This document shows positions 48,193-59,317 of a DNA stretch of 64,000 nucleotides, piece by piece. Within the stretch, counting starts at the first letter, position 1, and every line of letters begins with the position of its first letter. The notes beneath the pieces are model-generated. The model had not been told where the DNA came from. It saw nothing but the letters and a program-made list of their open reading frames with translations, and searched no databases. The stretch covers positions 434,001 to 498,000 of the forward strand of contig LSRY02000032.1 in NCBI GenBank assembly GCA_001643675.2. Reading direction: 5' to 3'. This DNA comes from Monocercomonoides exilis PA203 (Eukaryota > Protista > Preaxostyla). A program made the translations under genes and the position numbers.

Positions 48193-48437
48193 TCAGTGCA
48201 CCTTTCCATACATGAGCACAGCAGACCTGTTGGCGATGTTGTAGTCTGCAAGGCTGAACTCGTCCTCCAGACGGATCCCGCCCGACTCCAGCTGCTGGCC
48301 CTCCACGCATATCCCCTTTTGCGCGGCTATCTGCTCCTTCACAGCTCGAATCGATGTGGACGGTGTTGCTGCAATCTGCAGCATCTCCCCACTCCGGCAC
48401 CGCACACGCAGTTCGAACGTATCTGACGTGAATGATA
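48193..48437 (-). CDS. Small ubiquitin-like domain protein without C-terminal GG (5' end unresolved)
   Basis: FELRVRCRSGEMLQIAATPSTSIRAVKEQIAAQKGICVEGQQLESGGIRLEDEFSLADYNIANRSAVLMYGKVH* aligns to the ubiquitin fold pattern. Confidence 0.75.
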
Positions 48438-48717
48438 TGCTGTCCAAGCCAAGCAAGAGCCTTTCTTTCTTATGGGAACACAATAAGACAAAAAAATAGT
48501 GGTCCAGCCAGGCTTTGCCCGCCTCCCCAAGCACAATTGTTGACAAAACTTTGCGTTAGAAAAAGATTTATTCTTCTTTAAACGTTCAATGCTTTCTCGG
48601 TATTGGCAAAAACAAGCTCGCTTTCTTCCTTTTTTGTAATTTGTTTTGGAGAGCAAAAAGTGAAGGGCCAGATCGCTCACAGCAAAAATTTTTATTGATT
48701 GTTTGTGAATACACCAG

Positions 48718-50483
48718 ATGTTGTGGGCAGTAGTTGCTTTGACATGGATGCAGATTGAGGGGAAAAGCAGCGTGGTGAAGCTGACAGACGAGACGTTTCC
48801 GGATGCAGCGGAAAAAGGCCATATATTTGTGAAATTGTATTTTGCAGTTTTTTGATTTTGTATTTTGTGATGAGGGGCAGGGTGGGAGCTGCTTTCATGT
48901 TTTCATTTTTTCTTTGCGTGCTGAGAGAGCGTGACTGGTTGCATTTTTGATATTTTTTTTCTCGTTTGTGTTTCATTCATTCATTCTGGTTTTCTTTTTC
49001 TCTGTGCCATTTGCCTGTTCTTGCACGTTTTAATGTTCGCATCCGTGGATACTGTGGGTTTTTTAGCTTCTCGCCGAGCTGCCACCACTGCGTGAAGCTG
49101 GCGCCGGTGTACGAGGAGCTGGGGGTGTTTTTTGAGAAGTACAAGGACAACATGACGATTGCGGAGGTGGACTGCTCGCGGCAGGGGAAGACGTGCGACT
49201 TCCAGTCGATTGAGGGGTACCCGACGCTGAGGTACTACCCGGGGGGCGGGGCTGAGTGGGAGGAGTTCCAGGGAGAACGGTCGGTGGAAGGGCTGAAGGA
49301 CTTTCTGCTGCCGAAGATAGGGATTGTGCGCCGGCCGAAGTTCTCGTTTGTGAAGACGCTGACGCCGGGGAACTTCGAGGCGGTGGTGATGAACCGGACG
49401 GAGAATGTGCTTGTGGCGTTCACGGCGCCTTGGTGCGCACACTGCAAGAAGCTGAAGCCGCAGCTGGAGATTGTGGGGCTTTCGTTCAAGCCGGGCGACA
49501 ACGTGACGATAGCGTCGATCGACGCGAGCGCATACCGCGATTTTGTGGAGCCGTACGGCATTCCTGGATTCCCCACGATCAAGTTCTTCCCGGCTGTGCG
49601 GGAGCATGCAGTCGGCACACCCACAGCTGAGAAGGCAAAGAAGGAGGCAGATGCAAGCGCATCCACAACCACAACCACAAACACAAGCGAGGGAGAGAAG
49701 AAGGAGAAAGAAGAGAAACAAGAAGAAGAAGAAGAGGAGGAGGATGATGATGACTATTACACAGCAATCACAAAGGAGGGGATGAGAATCATCACGTACA
49801 GAGGAGAGAAGGAGGCGGTGCCGCTGCTGCAGTTTGTGAACGAGCAGAGCGGGACATGGAGGGCTGTTGGAGGAGGGGTGGGGAGCAGCGCTGGGGTTGT
49901 GAGTGAGATGGCAGAGCCGCTGGTGGTGCTGTCGCATGCACTGACAAAAACGCCGCTGCCGATGACAGAAGAGGAGATTGAGAAGATGGAGGAGGAAGAG
50001 GAGGAGAAGGAAAAGGAGCTGGAAAGAGAAAAAGAAAGAGAAAAAGAAAGAGAAAGAGAAATGGAAAAAGAGAAAGAGGAGATGGAAGAGGCGAGCAAAG
50101 GAGAGGAGAAGAAAGACCCGATTGTGCCGCGAAAGAAGAATCTGAAGAAGAAGTATGGGGAAGAAGAAAGAGAAGAGAAAGGGGGAAAGAGGAAGGGGAA
50201 GAAGCTGGGGATGAAGAAGGCGCCGCCGAGTGTGGGTGAGGCGGTGCGGCAGGCAGAGGCAGCGGTGGATGCGCATGTGAAGTCGCGGTATGTGGCAGGG
50301 CAGTACAAGCGGTACATTGAGCGTGCAGCGAAGGAAGGGCTGGGGTATGTGGAGGCGGAGAAGGCGCGGCTGGAGACGATGCTCACGTCGGGGTCGTTCT
50401 CCGACAGGCAGAAGGGCGAGCTTGTTGTGAGGCGCAACATCCTTGCGCTGTTTCTTGTGATGCCTCTTTCGAGCGACTCGTAG
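48718..50483 (+). CDS. Protein disulfide isomerase of the ERp38/PDI-D type (two thioredoxin domains plus an ERp29-like C-terminal domain), 2 exons
   Basis: Signal-like MLWAVVALTW, VVKLTDETF, SPSCHHCVKLAP, IEGYPTL, FTAPWCAHCKKLKP, GFPTIKFFP, and C-terminal YVEAEKARLETML..ELVVRRNILALF. Confidence 0.92.
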
Positions 50484-50853
50484 AGACAGCCAATCTCGCT
50501 GTGCTGCGGTCTGCCTGGAGACTGTTGCACTCGGGCCTTTCTTTCTTGTGGCTGCTGTGATTGAGCTTGCTGCGGCTTGGCTGTCACATCCGTCTCTCTC
50601 TCTTTCTCTTTCTCTCTCTTTCTCTTTCCCTTCCTTCCACTTCATTTTTTTAAAGGATTTTTCTTGCTTTTGTGTTTTTGCGTTAACATATTATAAAACT
50701 AGAGTTTGAATTAAAACGCTTTTCTGATGTGAAAAGTCATGGACTTTTTGCTTTTCAACAAAACCTTCAGCGAACTAAAAAAAAACTTAGTGTTGCTTAA
50801 GGATGATAAATAGCATCATCACAGTGAAGTTCAAAAAATAAAAAAATCAACAT

Positions 50854-50854
<1 letters not shown>

Positions 50855-50905
<51 letters not shown>

Positions 50906-50906
50906 A
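50855..50906. repeat. (TAAA)n microsatellite
   Basis: About 13 units read directly from the sequence. Confidence 0.9.
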
Positions 50907-50939
50907 AATAGTGATAAGAGAATTGTACAATGCGAGTAA

Positions 50940-53900
50940 TCAAAAGTCATAAGTGTCGTCATCATCCACAGGCTTTGGAGGAGGCCTCTGAGGAACAGAA
51001 TGAGCTGATGTGCGGGCAGTTGTTCTGATTCTTGATGTGGATGAGGTTCCAGCAGAGGAAGAATGCAAAGTGCTGGATGATGCACCAGATGCACCAGAAG
51101 AAGAAGAAGCACGAGAAGATGTTGGTGGAGGTGAAGAAGGTGTTGCAGCAGCTCTTCTGATTGAAGGAGATGTAGGGCGCAAACGACCACTTGCAGATGC
51201 AGAAGAAGAAGAGGATGATGAAGAAGCAGAGGAAGAAGATGGGGAAGAAGACAAAGGCAATCCAGCAGATGCCGATGTGCCTGATGACGCAGGAGGAGAA
51301 GCAGCTGTTCTTCTTACTGTCCTGTGGGCAGACGATGTCAATGGCGGAGGTGTCGATGAAGACATAGCCGATTGAGAGGCGCCTGCTCCATCGCGTGCTT
51401 CATCAGCAGAAGCAGCAGCAGCAGATGATGATGACGCTGGAGAAAGAGGCCTCGCAGCAACTTTGCGCACCACACGTGGTTTTTGTGTTGCTGGCACAGA
51501 GGAAGAGCCAGGAGAAGGTGTTGAAGAAGGCGAAGAGTCAGAAGAGACAAGCTGCGAAGGCGAGCGAGCAGAAGGAGGTGGAGAAGAGGAGGAGGCGCTT
51601 GCTCCGTCAGCTGGTCTGACAGTTCGGATGGTTTTGACAAGAGGACGAGAAGAAGAAGAAGAAGAAGAAGAAGAAGCTGAAGATGATGTTGAGGATGAAG
51701 TTGGAGGTGTTTGTGAGGGAGAAGCTGTTCCATCAGCCGAAGACTGCGGAGGAGCCACACGACGAACAACTCTTCTAACAGGCGCTCCTCCATTCGCTGG
51801 AGATGCTGCTGTTGCAGCAGAAGAAGCAGAAGAAGAAGAAACAGTTGGAGTTGGAGAAGAAGATGCAGCACTTCCAGTCGGCTGAGGCGACGGTGTGCGT
51901 GAAGCGCTTTGAGGGCGAGACGGAACACGAGTGCGAGAGGGAACTTGCTTTGCCGGTACTTTCGAGGCAGAAGAAGGGGCAGATGGCGAAGAGGGCCTGC
52001 GAACAACACGAGAGGCAGCAGCCGGAGAAGGCGAATGAGATGGAGATGGAGCAGAAGCGAGTGCAGCCACGCGGAATGCGTCGGGCATTCTGGTTGGCTC
52101 GAGATCAGCATATGAAGGATACTCAGCACTGTCACTGCGGGCAGTCATTGCAGACGCAGCGAGAATGGAAAGGCTCTTTTTCTCGTCCAAAATGGATGAT
52201 CTAAAAAAATAAGATAAAAAAGAAAAAGAAAAAGAAAAGAGGGTAAAAGAAGATAAAATTTGTGAAGATTTAGAAAATGAAAAAGGAATGAATGGATTTA
52301 TTGAAAAGAAGGGAGAAGAGAGAAAATTATTAAATGTGTCAATTCAAAAAAATAAACAAACTGTATTTCAGCAAGTGCACTGTCTAAGCTGGGTTCCTGA
52401 TATTTGTCAAAGTTTAACGGCAAGAGCATATCTGAATAAGAACAAAACAAGAAGCGATAAAAAATTTGCGTTTATGCCAAATATATATATGAATAAAATA
52501 GATTCAAAATATCCAATACAGAAACAATGGAACAAACAAATAGAAATGAATTTCTCATTATTTAATGCTTTCTAATAAAACCACACCATTTTTCTTTTTT
52601 TCTGCAGGTCGCTTGATTTTGTCAGCCACTAGCTGCTTTGCTTTTGACGATGGATCTCCAGTGAGAGAAGATGATGAAAGAGAAGAAAAAGGACTTGAAA
52701 ACGAAGAAGCAGAAGAAGCAGAAGTTGCTGAAGTTCCAAACGAATATAGATGATAACAACAAATTGAGGGGAAAAAGAAGGGGAAAAAATGATATAATTT
52801 AAAAAAAATAAATAAATAATTGCTTCATATACATTCATTCTTCTGCAGCACAGGAATTTCAATGTCATTCAGTGTGTCTGTTCCAGCAATGACTGCAATC
52901 TGAGAAAGAGATATTTGCTCAGGCTGTTCAAAGCGAGGTGCAACAGTTCCAAGTGAAATGTGCTTCAGAAATGAAAGCGGCTGTAAAATGGTTTAAGAAA
53001 AAGACGAGCGTCAAAATAATTTGAAGAGAAGAGAAAAACAAATATAAAATTTGTGAGGAGAAAAGGCAACTTTCTTTGCAAACGATCTTGTTTTGAACTT
53101 TGGCAGAGAAATAAAACAGAGAGAGGTGATGTGAAGCGCACAGCACGCGCAGAGCATCTGATAAAAGTTGCCTTGTTGCCCTTTTGAAACAAAATGAAGA
53201 GTGAATATCCCACAAAAAAGTGTTGCCAAATATAAGTGGTCCATCAAATATTTGTTCAAGATGCAAGAAATCACATTCAACATGGTATAAATGCAAAGCA
53301 ACTGTAAAATAAAACAATATTAAAATTGACAAACATGTCTTGCTCAGATTCAAATACGTCAAAATGAGTTCCAAATACTGCAATTGGTACCCCACACCAA
53401 TCTACTTTCATACCATCCCCTCGGCTAATTTATGAGATACATTACAAAATAAGTTAGTTTTTTAAGTTATTCAAAATTAATTCAGTATTAAAGCAACATA
53501 CACTGATCTTCTTCTTCGATTTCTCTGGAAAGTTTCGGCTGCCGTTGGATTTATTTCCGCTAGACCCCTCAAACATTCGCTAACTCTTCTTTCAATGAGT
53601 CCAAGCCACCATTCAATATCTTGAAACACTGTCCAGGGCTTTATTCAAAGTTATAAAAGTTTTTGTCAAAGAAAATATCTGTTATACCTTTGAAAGATCC
53701 GTGACAATAACAAAAGCACAGTTGCTAACAGAATGGGGATTAAGCGGAATATCTATTAAATTCGCAAAAGGAAATCCTCCTCCTGTTATTTATTTCAAAT
53801 ATTATATCAAACGAAATAACTTAATGACATTGTACCTATCTCATAAAAATTTGCAATAACATCTGGAAGAGAAGGATTTGTAGTTCTTTTTCCCCATGAA

Positions 53901-54219
53901 TAATCAAGTCCAATTGTTTTTGTTATTTCTTCTGTTCTTTTACCTAAAATAAATAAAATGAGAAAAAAATTTTATATAAACATAAAAAACACAGAAATTA
54001 GCAGAAAAATCAAAATGAAAAAAATAGTTCACAGACTTGGATCAAGAAAGTGTCTGATTGTAGTCTTCCCAGTGCTTTCTCTTCCAATAAATACGATATT
54101 TGAATTCGTATCAGTTGTATCTGTACAATAACATTAAGCGTATGAGAAAAAGTGCATGATTCCAAAATTAAAAAGTATGTATTACCAGAAAAAGTAATTT
54201 TATCCCAGATGGATGGCAT
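50940..54219 (-). CDS. DYNC2LI1: Cytoplasmic dynein-2 light intermediate chain (retrograde IFT) with a long S/P/A/R-rich C-terminal extension, about 11 exons
   Basis: Spliced: MPSIWDKI / NIVFIGRESTGKTTI / TIGLDYSWGKR..IANFYEIGGG..LIDIPL..FVIVTDLSKPW / PIAVFGTHFDVF / QLLSDALRVLCASHHLSLFYFS / VIAGTDTLNDI / KYQEPSLD. These are collinear with D2LIC family motifs. Confidence 0.85.
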
Positions 54220-54374
54220 AATGATAAAATAAATAAAAACTTGAAATGTAAATATGTACCATTTGATCAATTTTGAGGAGTGTTCGAATATCAAACTTTG
54301 ATAATAATATTTATTTGCTTGTATTTTTTCACTAAGTGTTAACGTTGGTTGGCTATCATCAAGAATATGCACGG

Positions 54375-54954
54375 TTATGTGAAATAATTATTCAGAAAAG
54401 ATTGTTGATGAAATGATAAAGAATAGCACATGAAATCAATTCGTAACCTGTGATATAATAAATTAAAATAGTAGTAAACAATTTAGAAAAAACTTTTTTT
54501 TTTAGATGTGAGATGATGTGATTTCAGATAAAATAGAATTATGATGATGAGGTTACATAATTCTGTAGTTTCTTCTTCGAATAGAATCAGGATCTCCTCT
54601 TATTGTACCAATTGGAACTTTCCAAAGCTTAGCTGATTGAGCACTTGGGCGACGATTCCCTGGAAAGAAAAAGCGAGAGTAATAGGAAGGTTTTGTCTTT
54701 CCTTAAAAGAATCCAAAGTAAAAATCTTTTGACATTTGGAAATTATTTCTCAAACCTGGCTCAGATTTTTCTTGTATAAGTGGAGCAGTCAGTCCAAGAT
54801 TTTCTTCATCTTCATTAGCTTCATTTATTAGCAGCTCGTATTGTGCGTTAATTTCCTCTGCTGTCATAATTTCATCTCCATCAAGAGTATCGAACATATC
54901 TTCTTCTTCTTCGCAAAAAGACAAAAAATGAATCAGAAAAAGGAGCAACATCAT
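54375..54954 (-). CDS. Small secreted protein: signal peptide, acidic N-half, basic C-half (about 3 exons; last exon uncertain)
   Basis: MMLLLFLIHFLSFC-EEEEDMFD...EKSEP, spliced by a GT-AG intron in frame to GKTKPSYYSRFFFPGNRRPSAQSAKLWKVPIGTIRRDPDSIRRRNYRI. Confidence 0.55.
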
Positions 54955-55179
54955 TTTTATGTGTTTTCTCAAATCGAAATATGATGAGATTTGTATAATC
55001 CTTTCTTATTTACCTTGAAAAACATATAAAAATTGACGAAAAAACACGAAAAATAGCAATTATATCTTAAAGAATAATAAATAATTATCACAGAATTGTT
55101 ACAAAGAAAAATACCAAAATATCAAGAACATCTGAAAGTTTTAAAATTTTGATTTAATATAAGAATGGGCAAGAGATCA

Positions 55180-58100
55180 TCAAAAACAAAAGTTTTTGGT
55201 ATTCATTTTGTCCACTTGATTTGAATTCAACTGTTTTTGTTGCGTATCTGCTTGATCGAAAGATTCACTTGAATTTTGAATTTGTGTTGTTATAAATGGA
55301 ATGTTTGGCATCTGAGAATTAGAATTGGACCCTTTTTGTGATTCAATGAGCCAAGTCACAAGCTGAACGATAGTTTGTTGCTGCTTCTGCATAAGCTGCT
55401 CCAAAACTGCAACTCTTTGAGACAAACGTGCAATTTCAGAGTCTGAAGAAGAAGAAGAAGATGATGATGAAGGCGATGAGGGACGTTCTGAATGAGGAGA
55501 AGAGATATTAGCCAGTGGTTGTGAAGTGAGTTTAGTGTCAGGATGAAGTGAATGAAATACATTTGTAGCAGATTCAACAGGCAAATTGGGATAATTTTGT
55601 TTGAAAGATTCTATTTCTGAAGCCTGCCTCGAAATAGGCATGTTTTGTACTTGAGAATCAGAAGGTTGAGCAGGAAAAGAAGAAGGCGAAATATAAGTTG
55701 ATTCGTTTTGAGATGACAAGGAAGGTGTTGGTGGAGTGGAAAGATGTCTGAATGTGGAAGAAGCAGAAGCAGAAGCAGAAGGGGAAGAAGAAGAAGACGA
55801 TGACGATGCATTCATTGCCTCTGTTGTGTATGGTTCAAGTGAAATAACCTGCTTGAAGTGATTGTCTTCGTCTTTGGATATCAGCGGGCGTGTTGGAGTG
55901 ACATTGTTCGGAGAAACTGAATCTTCCGATTTGACATGCATGTCAAATTGCGAGCGATTAAAAGAAGTCCTTTCTCCGCTTTGCTCTTCTTCCTCTCTGC
56001 TGTCTGGAAACAGCTCGTTAATTTTTTCTCTTCTTCGTCTTTTGCCCGTTTCTTCATAGGGAATCTGAGAAATGGATGAGGATATTCCATGTTTCTGATT
56101 CATATCATTGCTCATGTCTTGCAAATGTCCATTCTGTTGCTTCTCTGTCTCCATCTCGTCTTTTCTTTCTTCTCGTTCATCTGCTCCTTCACTTTCTTCT
56201 TCTTCTTCTTTCTTTTCTTCCTTTTCCCTCTCACTTTCTTTATCACTTTGACCTCCATCCCCCTTTTCCCTTCCTTCTTCTTCAGACATTTCCTCCTGCT
56301 CTCTTTCACTCCTCCCACTCCTTCCACTTTTCTCTCTCTTCCCTCTCCTTCTCTTCCTCTCCTTCCCTTCCACCAAATAATCCTGCAGCTGACTCGCATT
56401 TGTGAGTGTCTCAATCAACACAGGCGTCTCAAGGTCTCTGTCAAGCTCTCTGTCAATCTCCTCTTCAATTTGCTTCACTCGCTTGCTCTCCTTCTCTGTG
56501 CCTGATGTCAAATCAGCACTGTCATAATCTTGCTCTTCCTTCCACTTCCTTTCTTCTTCGCCTTTATCTTCTCCATCGTCATCATCATCCTTTCTATCTT
56601 TTCCTTCTTCATCATCCTCACCTTCATCTTCTTCTTTGTCCATCTGCTGTTTCTCCTCCAGTTCTTGCTGCTCTTGTTGCTGCTGCTGCTGTTGTTGTGA
56701 TGCCCTGTCTGTCAGAATAATCACAGGCACCGACTGCGGCTGTGTTTGCGTGTGGTTCTGGCGCTGCTGGCTGAGGAAAGTGCGGAAGGCAGACGAAGAA
56801 CGGTCGCCTCCAGAGGAGCTTTGAGATGCTCTGTTGAGTGTGCCTGCTGTTGACTGGCGAATGGGCGAAGACGATTGCTTTGAAGAGTGGCCATTCGAAG
56901 CAGCAGACGTCGAGGCTGATGGAAAGCTCTGCCGCACAAACGGAGACGAGGAAGAGCTGAATGTCGGCGATGCTGTGGCTGAAAAAGGCGCAGCGTTTGT
57001 TCGCGATGTCTGTGAAGTGCCTGCAATGCTCTGTTTTTGACGTTGTTGTTGTTGTTGTTGGAGTTGTGGATATTGAATCAAATTCTGACTTCTTCGTTGA
57101 TTAGGAGGAGTGCCAACACGTGAGGCAGACACCGACCGGATGTTCTGTTTGTGTGGAGGAGAACGTGTTGTGCTGTTTGGCTGGCGCTGAGAAGGAGGCA
57201 GTGGTAGATGCACATTCGCAGACGATGGTGAGGAAAGACGAGGCGCTGAAGGTGGTCGGGCAGAAGAGCGGTTGTGCATTCTGTTAAGTGGCGGTGATTG
57301 TGTTTGGAATGGCTGCAAGAAGCTGCCTCGAGAAGAAGAAGAAGAAGAAGAAGAAGACGATGATGATGATGAATATGGCGATGGATATTTCTCTGAAGAA
57401 TAGCTTGGTTTTTTGGAAGGAGAAGATGACCGGTTGCCTGCAGTGGCTCGAGAAGAGCGTGGAGGTGTTGATTCTTCACTGTTGTTGGGCTTTTCTTCCA
57501 CAGGAAGCGCATCTTCGCTCAGCCTGCGCCATCCTTCAATCTCTCTGTCGCTGTTCTCTTCTCCTTCGCTTCCATTGGCATTTGCTTGTTCTGCTGCTTC
57601 CTCACTTTCATCATTCGCTCTTTGTCTACTACCACTACTACTGCTGCTGTCATCTTCTTTTCTGATAAGAGACGATGGCGCAGTTGGAGAATGCCTCGGC
57701 TGATGATATCTGTCAGATGAAATTCTCCATCTTTCTTCTTCATCTTCATCATCTGTGCTTTCCTCTTCATTGTTGCGGAGCCTCCCACCAACTCCATTTC
57801 CTCCTTCTCTTATTCCGTCTTTTCCTGTCCATTCTTCCTGCTCATCAGACTCCTGCTCATCTTCAAACAGACTCAGCATCGAAATAACATCCACTGCACT
57901 CTCTCTCACCTGCTTCACCCGATCAAACCGTTCTGCCTCGGCAGCCTGCAGCAGCTCCGTCTTCATTCGGGAGATGCCCTTTCTGCCTCTTCTGGCAGCC
58001 TCCTCCGCCATGTCCTTCAGCTGCACCCGCTGCTCAGCAACAGAAGAGCTGTCCAGCAGCTTTTCGTGGAGAAGAATCCGGAACTGCATCACAGTGGGCG

Positions 58101-59156
58101 ATGGGGCAATGGCAGGTGGTACCTTTGGAGAAGACAAGAAAGAAGCTGAAGCTGAGGAAGGACGAGAAGCAGAGCGAGATGAGCGATCAGTAGCTTCCTG
58201 CGAAGAAGACGCAGAGGCCGAGCCATCCAAGTCAGTGATCACAACAATAGCTGCCAGAATGGCATCAAGAGCAGCTTTGCGTGTGACCCATTCTGAGTTG
58301 TTTGTATGCTCTATCACATTCGGCAGCAGCACTTCACAGCGGTGGAGAGAAGCAGTAGGGCAGCAGACAAACATCGTCTGAGTGCAAAGCAAGAGAGGCA
58401 AAGCGGCAGCTGTGTTGGGTCGCTGAAGCAAAGCTGCAAAACGTTGTTCAATGAATGGATAACTCTTTATTATTATCTGTAAAAAAATAAAAAATGCAGG
58501 AATTACAAGAATAAAAAAAACACACGTCTGGTTTACATTTTTCGAAAATCGATTGCAAGCAATAGCCAACTCCTGTTTGAAGAGAAGGATTAACTTGTTC
58601 TTCTATGGTTGACAGTAACGGATTAAAAATCTGAGCCAAAGGATCTTTGTCCTTGGGTGTTGAAAGGTCAAAATGGGACATTAGTGGGACGCAATTTGAG
58701 AGATATCCAAATGTTTTCGAACAAGCATCTCGAATTCCTACGTCATGATCTTTTAATCGTTCAATAAGGTAGTTTATGAGTTTTGAAAGGAAAGGATTAA
58801 CTTTTTCGCCATGAACGTGTATAGTGCATCCGATGATACGAACCACTTCACGACGTGCTATGATTGAGTGCAAGTGATTCACTGTGAAGAGTAAATTCTA
58901 AATAAGAAGAATTTTTTTTGTTTTTCAAAAATTTAAAAAAAACAGAAAAGGGCATTCACACCAAAAGTGTTCCAATTGAATCTGACTTAAGTTCATCGAC
59001 AATAGTTAACAGTTCCGTTACGCCTTGTTTTGAAGTGTCTTTATCATTTAATTTGTTAATACTTGTTTCAATTCGCGTACGAAGCAATTTTTCGTCTGTG
59101 CTGCTCCTTCTTTTTTGATGTGGAGTTCCTGAAATAGTTTTATCCGAATAACTCAT
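55180..59156 (-). CDS. SPR2: SPIRAL2/TORTIFOLIA1-like HEAT/TOG-domain microtubule-associated protein (3 exons)
   Basis: LRTRIETSINKLNDKDTSKQGVTEL, RREVVRII, LSKLINYLIERLKDHDVGIRDACSKTFGYLS, FNPLLSTIEEQVNPSLQTGVGYCL, SEWVTRKAALDAI, ERFDRVKQVRES, a long disordered region and a C-terminal coiled coil. Confidence 0.75.
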
Positions 59157-59317
59157 TTTTAGAGAGTCTTAAAGCTCTGCTTTCAAAAAATAAAATAAAA
59201 TAAAAATAGCCTAAATTTTGTTTTGATCTGATCAATCCGAAAAAAAATTATCAGAGGAAAAATACGCAAAACTATAAACGAATATTAAGATGTTTTTAAT
59301 TTGAAAAAAATACATCA

